Positions 27,360 through 37,309 of a stretch of 64,000 bases of DNA are shown piece after piece. The stretch's first letter is position 1. Each line of letters starts with the position of its first letter. The DNA lies in NCBI GenBank assembly GCA_015059495.1, contig SVAI01000001.1:565525-629524 (forward strand), in the 5' to 3' direction. A program made the translations under genes and the position numbers. Under the pieces are notes generated by a model. That model was not told the DNA's origin and did not search any database. It saw nothing but the letters and a program-made list of their open reading frames with translations. Source of the stretch: Bacillota bacterium (GTDB lineage: Bacteria > Bacillota_I > Bacilli_A > RF39 > UBA660).

Positions 27360-29228
27360 TTAATTATTTTCAAATACATAGTTAGTCATTTTCTTAGAAA
27401 TAATCCTATTAATAGGAGCTATATATTCTATATCATTGTAATAAGAAATATTAGGTGTTAATACTACTACACTATATTTAGGATTATCTCTTGGAGCATA
27501 CATAACATATGTTGAATTAATGGTCATTAAATCTTTACTAATATAATTTTGAGCAGTACCTGTTTTACCAACTGCTTTTATTTTTTTATCACTATAACCT
27601 AAACCAGTACCATCGTTACTATTAACAACTTGATATAATCCTTCTTGTATTCTATTCCAATACATATCATCCATATCTATATTATCTATTACTTCATTTT
27701 GTTTCTTAATTAAACTTAAAGATAATCTTTTACCCCTACTAGCAATAGTATTAATATATGATGTTAATTCTATAGGAGTATAAGTATCATATTGTCCTAT
27801 AACTAAATTAAGTAATAAATCACTAGCTATCTTTTTACCAGTTATACCTGTACTCTCATTATTTAAATCTATATTAGTTTTACTACCTAAACCAAACTTT
27901 TTAAATATATCTCTATATTTATTAAAATTATCTTCGTTAACCTCTATTTTAATATTAGGATAATAACTATTATTAGTAGACTTAATAGCATTAATAAATT
28001 GATAATAATTAGATGATAACTTTAATGCTGATATATCATCTATATACCCTAATCTTTTAAAAGAACATTTCATAGGTACTTGATATAACTTAACACATGA
28101 ATCATTTATCTTTTTATTTATATCTATTAAATTATTTAAATAACTAACTGTATGTGATGCACCTTTAACTATAGATCCTACTATATATGAAGATAATACA
28201 CTATTAATAGATATATCTTTATTATCTTTATTTAATCCCATCATAGTTATTATTTCACCAGTATTTACATCACTAACTATAATATAACCTTCTTTATAAT
28301 ATTTAGTATTATTTAACTTACTAGCATCAATAAAACTTTGTTTTAATAAATTATAAGCATATTCTTGCATATCTATATCTATAGCAAGCACTATATCTTT
28401 ACCAGGTATATCTTCTTCTAATAAAGTAAGAGTATTATTACTATTAATTTTATATTTACTTTTTTTACCCCTTAATATATCTTCATAATATTCTTCTAAT
28501 CCACTAATACCTACTCTATCATCTATTAAATAACCTTTATTTAAATACTTATCTTTATCTTCTAATCTAATACTTCCAACACTACCTACTATAGATTCTA
28601 TAAAAGAATAATTAATAACTCTTTTATAATCTATATTACATTCTAAACCATCTATTTTTAAATCATTAATATATTTACATACACTATAATCTACATCACT
28701 CTTAATTAATTTAGTATCATATTTATATCCACTAATCATCTTAAAGAATGTATGTATATTAATACTATCCATATCACTATATATATTATCTATATTTAAT
28801 CTATCATAAGTAATATTATATATATCATTCTTATCTATCTTATGATATTTATAATCTTTAATTTCTTCTTCATTTAATAAATCATTAGTATCATTAAATA
28901 ATATATAAAAATCTTTTAATTCTTTAATTGAGGCACTATCATTTAATTCTAATATATCTTTTAACATACACCCAATCTTAAATATATCTATATATTTAGT
29001 ATTATTAATAATTCTATAATTAATATTATATATAGTTTTATTATCTACTAATACCTTATTATTTCTATCTAATATTCTACCTCTTTTATAAGTACCATAT
29101 ACTATATCTTTATATTTATTATTATATAAATTAACATAATAACTATTATTTAATAATCTAATATCTATAACCCTATATACAATAACCAAATATAATAATA
29201 TAACTAATATATATAAATATTTTTTCAT
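27360..29228 (-). CDS. Divergent class B penicillin-binding-protein-like transpeptidase, extremely N/Y/K/I-rich
   Basis: N-terminal TM segment, then KRGRILDRNNKVLVDN (PBP dimerisation-domain motif). SxxK is SIVKG, SxN is SSN, and KTG is GKTGTAQ. There is no PASTA domain. Confidence 0.5.
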   Translation of the reverse strand: MKKYLYILVILLYLVIVYRVIDIRLLNNSYYVNLYNNKYKDIVYGTYKRGRILDRNNKVLVDNKTIYNINYRIINNTKYIDIFKIGCMLKDILELNDSASIKELKDFYILFNDTNDLLNEEEIKDYKYHKIDKNDIYNITYDRLNIDNIYSDMDSINIHTFFKMISGYKYDTKLIKSDVDYSVCKYINDLKIDGLECNIDYKRVINYSFIESIVGSVGSIRLEDKDKYLNKGYLIDDRVGISGLEEYYEDILRGKKSKYKINSNNTLTLLEEDIPGKDIVLAIDIDMQEYAYNLLKQSFIDASKLNNTKYYKEGYIIVSDVNTGEIITMMGLNKDNKDISINSVLSSYIVGSIVKGASHTVSYLNNLIDINKKINDSCVKLYQVPMKCSFKRLGYIDDISALKLSSNYYQFINAIKSTNNSYYPNIKIEVNEDNFNKYRDIFKKFGLGSKTNIDLNNESTGITGKKIASDLLLNLVIGQYDTYTPIELTSYINTIASRGKRLSLSLIKKQNEVIDNIDMDDMYWNRIQEGLYQVVNSNDGTGLGYSDKKIKAVGKTGTAQNYISKDLMTINSTYVMYAPRDNPKYSVVVLTPNISYYNDIEYIAPINRIISKKMTNYVFENN

Positions 29229-29282
29229 ATAATTCACCATTATTAGTATTAAATTATTTACTTATTTAATACAATTAATTAG

Positions 29283-29543
29283 GTGATTATTATAAAAAAT
29301 TTAATTATAAATTATATTAAAAATATGTCCATTAATGATTTAAATAACTTAGCTATCAAACATGATATCTATTTAAATAATAATGAATTAAATAATGCTT
29401 ATAAATTAATAAAGGATAATTATCTAAATATTATAGATAATCCAGATAATTATGATATAAATAATTATAAAGATTATTTTACTAATGATAATTATATAAA
29501 AATAAATAACTTAATAAATGAGTACAAAAAAAGAACATATTAA
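29283..29543 (+). CDS. Hypothetical small N/Y-rich protein (86 aa)
   Basis: ORF with an AGGTGA RBS. It lies convergent to the AlaRS gene. Confidence 0.3.
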   Translation: MIIIKNLIINYIKNMSINDLNNLAIKHDIYLNNNELNNAYKLIKDNYLNIIDNPDNYDINNYKDYFTNDNYIKINNLINEYKKRTY

Positions 29544-29550
29544 TGTTCTT

Positions 29551-31296
29551 TTATTCTATTACAGCTTTAATTCTTCTAACACCTGCAGAAGATGCTTCTT
29601 CTTTAACTATTCTAAAGTGACCAATTTCTTTAGTATTCTTAACATGTGGTCCACCACATAATTCTTTAGAAATGTTATCACCAATAGTATAAACAGTAAC
29701 TATATCTGGATATTTTTCAATAAACATACATTCAGCACCTGAAGCAATAGCTTCTTCTTTAGACATTTCTTCACATCTTACTTCAAGTCCTTCATTTATC
29801 CATTGATTTACTAATTCTTCAGTCTTAGCCTTTTCTTCATCACTTAACTTATGATCACAGTTAAAGTCAAATCTCATTCTTTCATCAGTTATATTAGAAC
29901 CTCTTTGATGTACATCTTTATTAACTACAATCTTTAAAGCAGCATTAAGTAAGTGTGTTGCTGTATGGTATCTAGTTTCAATTTCACTATTACCAGATAA
30001 ACCACCTTTAAACTTACCAGCACTAGCAGTTCTTGATAATTCTTGATGTTCCTTAAACTTTTGATTATATCCTTCAACATCAACTTTTAATCCTTTTTCT
30101 CTTGCTAACTCTTCAGTTAACTCTAATGGGAAACCATAAGTATCAAATAAGTGGAATGCAGTTACTCCATCTATATCATTACCATCTTTAGTTACTTTAT
30201 CAAATTCTCTTAAACCTTTTTCTAAAGTTCTATTAAATTTAATCTTTTCATTTTTTAATCCATCAATAACTACTTGTCTATTATCTTTTAATTCAACATA
30301 GTACTTATCATACATATCCATAATTAATGAAGCTATTCTTTCATCCCAATCACTATTAATATCAATATTTAATTTCTTAGCATGTCTAATAGCTCTTCTT
30401 ATTAATCTTCTTAAAATATATCCTTGATCAGTATTAGATGGTTTAATACCAGCTCTATCAGCAAGAATAAATACAGCAGTTCTCATATGATCAGCAATAA
30501 TTCTCATAGATTTTTCATTACCATAATATGATAAACCACTAATTTGTTCAATTAAATTAATAACAGGCATCCAAATAGAAGATTCATAATTATCTCTTTT
30601 ACCTTCTAATATTGCTGTAGTTCTTTCTACACCCATACCTGTATCAACATTCTTTTTAGGTAATTCACTAATAGTACCATCTGCATGTTTTTCATATTGC
30701 ATAAATACATCATTCCAAATTTCAACCCATCTATCATCTTCAGGATCAAATTTTTCAGGAATTTCATCATCACTTCTAAAATAGAACATTTCTGAATCTG
30801 CACCACATGGACCAGTTTCACCAGCAATCCAGAAGTTATCTTCTTCAGTCATTGCAATTCTCTCTTTTGGTATACCTAAATTAATCCACTTATTATATGA
30901 TACTTCATCAAAAGGTATTAAATCATTACCCTTAAATACAGTAACAGCTAATCTTTCTTTTGGTATATTTAAATATTTAGTTAAGAATTCAAAACTCCAA
31001 GAAATAGCTTCTTCTTTAAAATAATCTCCTAAAGACCAGTTACCTAACATTTCAAAGAATGTATGATGATAACTATCTCCTATATTATCTAAATCATTAG
31101 TTCTAATACACTTTTGATAATCACATAATCTAGTTCCATATGGATGTGCTTGTCCCATTAAATAAGGTATTAATGGTTGCATACCTGCAGTATTAAATAA
31201 TACTGATGGGTCATTTTCAGGCACTACTGGTGCACTAGGTATTTGCTTATGTCCTTTACTTACAAAAAAATTAATATATAAATCCTTTAAATTCAT
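29551..31296 (-). CDS. alaS: Alanyl-tRNA synthetase, short form (581 aa: catalytic + tRNA-recognition + editing domains, no C-Ala/coiled-coil tail)
   Basis: The N-terminus FFVSKGHKQIPSAPVVPENDPSVLFNTAGM, GNWSLGDYFK and RIIADHMRTAVF..LRRLIRRAIRH match AlaRS catalytic and mid domains. The editing-site motifs HTATHLL and CGGPHV are present. The protein ends right after ...GVRRIKAVIE. Confidence 0.8.
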   Translation of the reverse strand: MNLKDLYINFFVSKGHKQIPSAPVVPENDPSVLFNTAGMQPLIPYLMGQAHPYGTRLCDYQKCIRTNDLDNIGDSYHHTFFEMLGNWSLGDYFKEEAISWSFEFLTKYLNIPKERLAVTVFKGNDLIPFDEVSYNKWINLGIPKERIAMTEEDNFWIAGETGPCGADSEMFYFRSDDEIPEKFDPEDDRWVEIWNDVFMQYEKHADGTISELPKKNVDTGMGVERTTAILEGKRDNYESSIWMPVINLIEQISGLSYYGNEKSMRIIADHMRTAVFILADRAGIKPSNTDQGYILRRLIRRAIRHAKKLNIDINSDWDERIASLIMDMYDKYYVELKDNRQVVIDGLKNEKIKFNRTLEKGLREFDKVTKDGNDIDGVTAFHLFDTYGFPLELTEELAREKGLKVDVEGYNQKFKEHQELSRTASAGKFKGGLSGNSEIETRYHTATHLLNAALKIVVNKDVHQRGSNITDERMRFDFNCDHKLSDEEKAKTEELVNQWINEGLEVRCEEMSKEEAIASGAECMFIEKYPDIVTVYTIGDNISKELCGGPHVKNTKEIGHFRIVKEEASSAGVRRIKAVIE

Positions 31297-32081
31297 TTTA
31301 CTTCCCTCTTTCTAGTTTTATCATGTTGTTTAAATATATTTGGTAATAATTCCCTACTAATTTTAATACTACTTAATATATGAATAATACTATCATCATC
31401 TAATGTAAACTCTTGTGAACCTAGCGAACACTTACTAACTTTTACATCTCCATAATTATCATTAAGTCCAAATACAAATTCCATAAAATTATGTTCTCTA
31501 CCATCAAATATACTTAACCCTAAAGTTAAACTATTTAATTCATTAATGTATTTTGGTAAAATTTTAATACTATTACCACTAACTTCATTATCATATAAAG
31601 TTGTAAATAATCTAGCCTCACCACTCACTATTGGACAACCTCTTCTAAGTTCATGATAAGCATCAATAAAATCTACATGTTTTCTTCCTAATTCTAAATA
31701 TGATTCACATATACTATCATCTAAATTAATAAACTCTCTAAATCTTTCTTCAGGATAATTAATACCACCAATATTTCTAAGTACAATTCCACTTTCTTTA
31801 GTATTCTTATAGATTAATCCTAAAGCACTATCTTGGTTATAAATAGTATTTTTTAAATTATGTAATTCTAATTCCATATTTTCTGTTTGATATTCATCAT
31901 TTTTGCTATATCTTTGAATATTAAATTCTTCACATAATCCAAGATCTTTTAAATTACTATAATCTAATAAGAAGTCTTTATATCTATTATTAAATAATTC
32001 TACTAATTCAAATATATTAATATTATCAGTACCTTGTAATTTACTATTATATAATTCAATAAACTCTTCTATATCAATCAT
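31293..32081 (-). CDS. Hypothetical protein (262 aa), translationally coupled to the short AlaRS
   Basis: ORF only. It overlaps the downstream gene by 4 nt and the upstream gene by 8 nt. Confidence 0.4.
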   Translation of the reverse strand: MIDIEEFIELYNSKLQGTDNINIFELVELFNNRYKDFLLDYSNLKDLGLCEEFNIQRYSKNDEYQTENMELELHNLKNTIYNQDSALGLIYKNTKESGIVLRNIGGINYPEERFREFINLDDSICESYLELGRKHVDFIDAYHELRRGCPIVSGEARLFTTLYDNEVSGNSIKILPKYINELNSLTLGLSIFDGREHNFMEFVFGLNDNYGDVKVSKCSLGSQEFTLDDDSIIHILSSIKISRELLPNIFKQHDKTRKREVK

Positions 32082-32595
32082 CCAAAACCTCCAAAATTCT
32101 ATAGATTTGTCTTTTTAAATCTTGTTTACTTGTATTAACTAATTTATAATCAAAATTATCATAATGTTCTAATTCAGTTTCTGTAATATGATGCTGTTCT
32201 TCTACAGTTAAATTATTCTTTCTATCACTAGTTAAGTGTATTGTATAACATTTAGGATATTTAGTTTTCATTAATGTTAATTCAGGTATTAATCTAGCAT
32301 CACAAATAATAACATTTTGATAATACTTTTGATAGATTAATATATCTTCCTTCATTCTATCAATAAATACTGATGGTGATACTAACTTTCTATATTCTTC
32401 ACCTAAGTGTTGTAAAAAAGCTCTAGGTTTCTTCTTATCATGTAAATCTAACATTTCATTAGCCATTAATTTAACATATTTAGAGTATTCAGTAATAATA
32501 CTTCTTTCATTCTTTTCATCATAATATTGTTTAATTAACTTTGCTAATGTATTCTTTCCAACATTTGCTTTACCACCAATAATAAATAATCTCAT
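32074..32595 (-). CDS. Small P-loop-like NTPase/kinase-fold protein with a non-canonical Walker A (GGKANVGKNT)
   Basis: N-terminal glycine-rich loop and a later hhhhD (VIICDARL) Walker-B-like segment. Size 173 aa. Confidence 0.4.
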   Translation of the reverse strand: MRLFIIGGKANVGKNTLAKLIKQYYDEKNERSIITEYSKYVKLMANEMLDLHDKKKPRAFLQHLGEEYRKLVSPSVFIDRMKEDILIYQKYYQNVIICDARLIPELTLMKTKYPKCYTIHLTSDRKNNLTVEEQHHITETELEHYDNFDYKLVNTSKQDLKRQIYRILEVLDD

Positions 32596-32755
32596 ATAAA
32601 TATCCCTTTCTAAACAAAAAAGGAGGTAACGTCAATAATTCCATTAAGGAGTCAATTTATGACGGTACCATCCTTATACACTTAATTAAAATATCGATAA
32701 TAACAATTACCGTTTTAACTCTCCCTAAGCAGCACCAAAGATCATAAAGTTAAAA

Positions 32756-33865
32756 TTACATAAACCATTTATACTTTTTAGCAAAGAACCTATATATAAC
32801 TTTACATAAAGCAATACATGGTGTTGCTAAAACCATACCTACTATACCAAAGAAATGCCCAAAAATCAAGAGTCCAATAATAATTGTTACTGGATGTAAC
32901 TTCATAGTTTTAGACATAACTACAGGTTGTAATATATAGTTTTCCACTAATTGTACTATTACTACTATAACAATAGTCATAATACCAATAAATGTACTTT
33001 GTGAAAAACCAACAATAACTGCTGCTATACCACCAATATATGGACCAATAAATGGAATTAAATCAGTAATACCACATAGTAATCCAAATAATAATGGTGC
33101 TTTTAATCCTAATATAGCAAAACCAACTGCATCACAAACAAATACCATTGAAGCAACAAGTAATATACCATTAACATACTTTCTAACTTCAGTACCTATT
33201 TGATTCAATAAGTCTTTAACATCATTTTCATATTTATCAGGTAATAATCTAATTAAATATGATTCAATACTATTAAAATCAAATAACATATATAAACCAA
33301 TAACTAAACTAATCATAAGTGTTCCAATACCAGAAAAAATAGATGAAACACTATTTAAAATAAACTCTGGTAAATTAGTAGTAATATTATTAATCATATT
33401 TGTTATAGAATTAATTAAATTATTTTGAATAGCACTTAAATCTAAACCTTCAACACTAACAAATACATTACCAATAAAGTTCTTAAAATGATCTAATATA
33501 CTTGGAAATGATGCAATTAAATCATTTAACTGAGTATATATTGTAGGAACTAACATATAGAAAAATAATATTAATAAACTAATAAATATTAAATATACTA
33601 ATATTGATCCTAAACCTCTTTTAATACCATTTTTCTCTAACTTAGTAACTGCAGGATTAAATAACCATGCAATAACAAAACCTATAAAAAATGGTGTTGC
33701 TACTTTTAGTATAGTTAAAACAAATGTAAGTATACCCCATTCTTTAACAAGTAATGTAACTAAAAATACTATACCTACTATCATTACAATATATATTAAC
33801 TTCAATAATTTCTTAGATAAAGTTAATACTTCATTAACACTTTGCTTATCAATATCTTTTTTCAT
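32756..33865 (-). CDS. AI-2E family transporter (UPF0118; YtvI/PerM-like)
   Basis: Eight predicted TM helices and the conserved C-terminal ...GLLCGITDLIPFIGPYIGGIAAVIVGF... Confidence 0.8.
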   Translation of the reverse strand: MKKDIDKQSVNEVLTLSKKLLKLIYIVMIVGIVFLVTLLVKEWGILTFVLTILKVATPFFIGFVIAWLFNPAVTKLEKNGIKRGLGSILVYLIFISLLILFFYMLVPTIYTQLNDLIASFPSILDHFKNFIGNVFVSVEGLDLSAIQNNLINSITNMINNITTNLPEFILNSVSSIFSGIGTLMISLVIGLYMLFDFNSIESYLIRLLPDKYENDVKDLLNQIGTEVRKYVNGILLVASMVFVCDAVGFAILGLKAPLLFGLLCGITDLIPFIGPYIGGIAAVIVGFSQSTFIGIMTIVIVVIVQLVENYILQPVVMSKTMKLHPVTIIIGLLIFGHFFGIVGMVLATPCIALCKVIYRFFAKKYKWFM

Positions 33866-33873
33866 ATTTCACC

Positions 33874-35163
33874 TCAATACTTTTCTAGTGTTGGATTTCC
33901 TATAACTCCAACCATTATATTCTTTTTACTAGTATTTTTACTACTACTAGTAGAATACTCTATTTTTAAAACTTCTTTATTACTAACATCTAAACTTAAA
34001 TCTTTTTTCTTAAAACTTTTAGTTAAATTAGAAGAATCATATACTTTCTTATTATCTAAATATATTCTAATAATACCATAATTCTTATTCTTTTCATTAA
34101 CTTCACCAGTAGCATTAACACTTAACTTTAAATTCTTATATTCTTTATTTAAATTATATGTAATACTACTTTTAGAATTATTATAAAAACTAATTACTCT
34201 AGAATAAGTATTATTATCTTTATCACTAATAGCTAATTCTTCATTAATAGAATCTCCTTCTATATTACCCTCTAATTCAGTTAAACTAACAGGTAACATA
34301 GTAGCTAAATCATCTTTTTTCTTTATTAAACTAGCAGCATTAGCTTTAATTTCACTTAATAACTTAATACCTTCATTTAACTTATCTACTGCTTTATCAT
34401 ACATATTAGAATTCTTTAATTCTTCTGCTAAAGTTTCATAAGCTAAAGTTAAATTCTTATTTATATCATTTAATATATCATTATATGCTTTAGAATTAGT
34501 TAAATCTAACTTTAAAGTATTCTTCTTTTCTATTACATAATTTAATATATCTTTATAAATATTTAACTTATCTTCAGTCTTTAAATCATCACTAATATTT
34601 TTACTACTAATATAATTTTTAATATCATCTATTTCTTTCTTAAAACATTCATCTATTTTACTAATTGAATCATTATAATAACTATCACTATTAATTACTT
34701 TAGATAAATATTCATACGCATCACTTACATTACCTTCATTAAAATAATTAATACCTTTTAAATAATTAACTTTAGATTCATATAAATTATTAATAATAGT
34801 TAAATAATTATCTTTATTAATCTCTATTTGATCTAATATTAAACTTACCTTATTAACTAATAAATCTTTATTATTTAATAACTCTTCCTCACTATCATAA
34901 GACTTATTAAATACTTCGATTCTCTTATTAACATCATCTTCTATTAACTTCTTTATATTATTAGTTTTATTCTCATTCTTACTATATTTATCTAATACTT
35001 TATTAACATCATCTAAATTAGCATTAGTATCACTATAATATGTATTTAAATAACTATTTAACTTACCTTTATAATTATAAAGTATTGTATTAAATAATAT
35101 TAATAATATACATACTAATGATACTATACCTAAAGCTATATATATTATTATTTTTTTATTCAT
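33874..35163 (-). CDS. Hypothetical membrane-anchored K/N-rich coiled-coil protein (429 aa)
   Basis: N-terminal TM helix; the rest is low complexity. Confidence 0.4.
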   Translation of the reverse strand: MNKKIIIYIALGIVSLVCILLILFNTILYNYKGKLNSYLNTYYSDTNANLDDVNKVLDKYSKNENKTNNIKKLIEDDVNKRIEVFNKSYDSEEELLNNKDLLVNKVSLILDQIEINKDNYLTIINNLYESKVNYLKGINYFNEGNVSDAYEYLSKVINSDSYYNDSISKIDECFKKEIDDIKNYISSKNISDDLKTEDKLNIYKDILNYVIEKKNTLKLDLTNSKAYNDILNDINKNLTLAYETLAEELKNSNMYDKAVDKLNEGIKLLSEIKANAASLIKKKDDLATMLPVSLTELEGNIEGDSINEELAISDKDNNTYSRVISFYNNSKSSITYNLNKEYKNLKLSVNATGEVNEKNKNYGIIRIYLDNKKVYDSSNLTKSFKKKDLSLDVSNKEVLKIEYSTSSSKNTSKKNIMVGVIGNPTLEKY

Positions 35164-35172
35164 AATTTATAC

Positions 35173-35748
35173 CTAATTATTTCTATAATAGAAGTAATCT
35201 ATAAATGATAATAAAGTATCTTCATCAACACTACCTTCTAATATATGATTTACTTTAGAATTAGCAATTACATATGTAGCAGGTGTAACTTCATAATCAA
35301 TATATTTAAATAATTCTTTAGTTTCATCATCACTTAACTTAGATAAATTTATTTCATAAGCACTCATTCCAAGTTTTTCTAATACTTTAGTTAACATAGG
35401 TTTATATTCCATACATGCAGAACAATCTTCTCTACTAACGATAACTAAAGATTTCTTTTCAGTTTGAAATAATCTTTTTAATGTATCAACATTAATTTCT
35501 TCTAAAGTAGATTTAGTTTCAGGTAATATATAATACTTAACATCTACTTTAACTTCAGGTTGTGAAGTACCATCTAATTGACCAGCAGATAAAGTATATT
35601 TAACATTATTGTTATTATAAGTTTTAATATCATCTCTATTATGATTTTTAATTGCATAAATAACACCAAATACTAACAATCCTACTATTAATACTAATAA
35701 TATAATAATTCCTATTTTTTTCTTGTCTATATTTTTTAAATTCTTCAT
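35173..35748 (-). CDS. Membrane-anchored thioredoxin-fold thiol-disulfide oxidoreductase-like protein
   Basis: TM anchor followed by a CxxC motif (DCSACMEY) in a thioredoxin-like context. Confidence 0.5.
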   Translation of the reverse strand: MKNLKNIDKKKIGIIILLVLIVGLLVFGVIYAIKNHNRDDIKTYNNNNVKYTLSAGQLDGTSQPEVKVDVKYYILPETKSTLEEINVDTLKRLFQTEKKSLVIVSREDCSACMEYKPMLTKVLEKLGMSAYEINLSKLSDDETKELFKYIDYEVTPATYVIANSKVNHILEGSVDEDTLLSFIDYFYYRNN

Positions 35749-35819
35749 AATTATCACCAATAATATTGTATCTTATTTTTAAATAATTGTAAAATAAAAA
35801 GACACAATTATCTTGTATC

Positions 35820-36041
35820 TTATTTATTAAATCTATTCATTTGGTTCATAATTTGTTTAACTTGTTTTTGGCTTGGTTTTCTACCCATACCACTCATCAT
35901 AGCTTCAATCATCTTTTCGTTGATTGGAGGATTTTCAGTTAATTGTTTCTTCATTAAATGTCTTGCTAAAAAGAAACCTGCAACAAGACCAATTACTACA
36001 CCTAATAAAACGTATAAAATATCTCCTAACATTTCTTTCAT
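35820..36041 (-). CDS. yneF: UPF0154 family small membrane protein (YneF-like)
   Basis: LGVVIGLVAGFFLARHLMKKQLTENPPINEKMIEAMMSGMGRKPSQKQVKQIMNQMN matches B. subtilis YneF (…[33 protein letters not shown]…). Confidence 0.65.
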   Translation of the reverse strand: MKEMLGDILYVLLGVVIGLVAGFFLARHLMKKQLTENPPINEKMIEAMMSGMGRKPSQKQVKQIMNQMNRFNK

Positions 36042-36069
36042 CTCCTTATGCTTAATTTTACTATTAAAT

Positions 36070-36486
36070 CTAACTTAAGGCAACACTTTCTAAGAAGAAA
36101 TAGTCATTATTATCAAAATCACATACAAATAAATTACTGTATTTACTTAAATATTTAATGAATGCTGGTTTAATATTATTACTATCAATTCTAATAAATG
36201 AATTATTAATAGTAATTCTAGTTTCTTCTCTATCCAAATAATTATTATAATAATGATTATTCATAAACTTAGTATAAAATAAATTAGTTTTATAAGTATT
36301 AAATATACTATTATTTAATACCTTCTTATTAATAGGTTTAATAACACTATAATAAATCTTATCATATATTTTATAATTACTCCTATCACTATAATAAATA
36401 TCACTAAAAAATTTATATAAATTATAATCGTTATTAGATATATTAATTAATTTATTATTAATATCAAATAAATAAAAATGTCTCAT
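36070..36486 (-). CDS. Hypothetical N/Y-rich protein (138 aa)
   Basis: ORF only. Confidence 0.3.
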   Translation of the reverse strand: MRHFYLFDINNKLINISNNDYNLYKFFSDIYYSDRSNYKIYDKIYYSVIKPINKKVLNNSIFNTYKTNLFYTKFMNNHYYNNYLDREETRITINNSFIRIDSNNIKPAFIKYLSKYSNLFVCDFDNNDYFFLESVALS

Positions 36487-36543
36487 ATTTTCACCTATTT
36501 AATAATAACAAAATAATCATAAAAATATTGTCAAAAAAAAGTA

Positions 36544-37302
36544 TTATTTAATCATAAATAATACTTTAATAATATAATCAAACTGTTCCATAAATATAAA
36601 TATTATAAATACACTTATGATTAAAAATGGACCAAAAGGAATTTCCTTTTCTTGTTTTTTTAATACATAATAAGTAGCATAAGGCAAAGCCATAAAAGAA
36701 CCTAGAACTATAGATGTAAGACCAAGTCTAATACCAAGTACTACACCCATAAATGATGCTAACTTAACATCACCCCATCCAAGTGATTCTCTTTTAAAAA
36801 CTTTATCTCCTGCTAACTTTATTAATAGTAAGAATAATACTAATAATACTCCACTAATTAAAGCATTAATAAATCCATTTAATCCAAAGTATATAAACTT
36901 TAATACCAATATTAATATTACACATATATATAATGGATAATCTAATATAACTAAATATTTAAAATCACTTACAAATATAATTAGTACTAAAGAAGCAATT
37001 ATTAAATATGCATATAATTCATAACTAAATCCATATAAATAATATCCTAAGGCAAATATAATACCAAGTGATATTTCACTTAATAAATTAACTATAGATA
37101 TCTTATTCTTACAATATCTACATTTACCACCTAAAAATATATATGAAAATATAGGTATTAAATCCAATGCTTTTAAAGTTGTATGACAATTATCACAATA
37201 TGATCTACCTTTAACAATAGATATATCATTAGATAATCTAAGTGCTAAGCATGTATAAAACGATGCTAAAACTGCACCAAGTACAAAAAATAATACTAAC
37301 AT
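36544..37302 (-). CDS. Type IV prepilin peptidase (A24 family; PilD/ComC-like)
   Basis: N-terminal tetra-Cys zinc finger (CDNCHTTLKALDLIP...CRYCKNKI) followed by a polytopic peptidase domain with the conserved acidic residues. Confidence 0.75.
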   Translation of the reverse strand: MLVLFFVLGAVLASFYTCLALRLSNDISIVKGRSYCDNCHTTLKALDLIPIFSYIFLGGKCRYCKNKISIVNLLSEISLGIIFALGYYLYGFSYELYAYLIIASLVLIIFVSDFKYLVILDYPLYICVILILVLKFIYFGLNGFINALISGVLLVLFLLLIKLAGDKVFKRESLGWGDVKLASFMGVVLGIRLGLTSIVLGSFMALPYATYYVLKKQEKEIPFGPFLIISVFIIFIFMEQFDYIIKVLFMIK

Positions 37303-37309
37303 ACTAACC

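Noticed and set aside
30627-30827. 66-aa minus-strand ORF nested out of frame inside the AlaRS gene.
   Set aside because: It is embedded in the conserved alaS reading frame with no independent signals.
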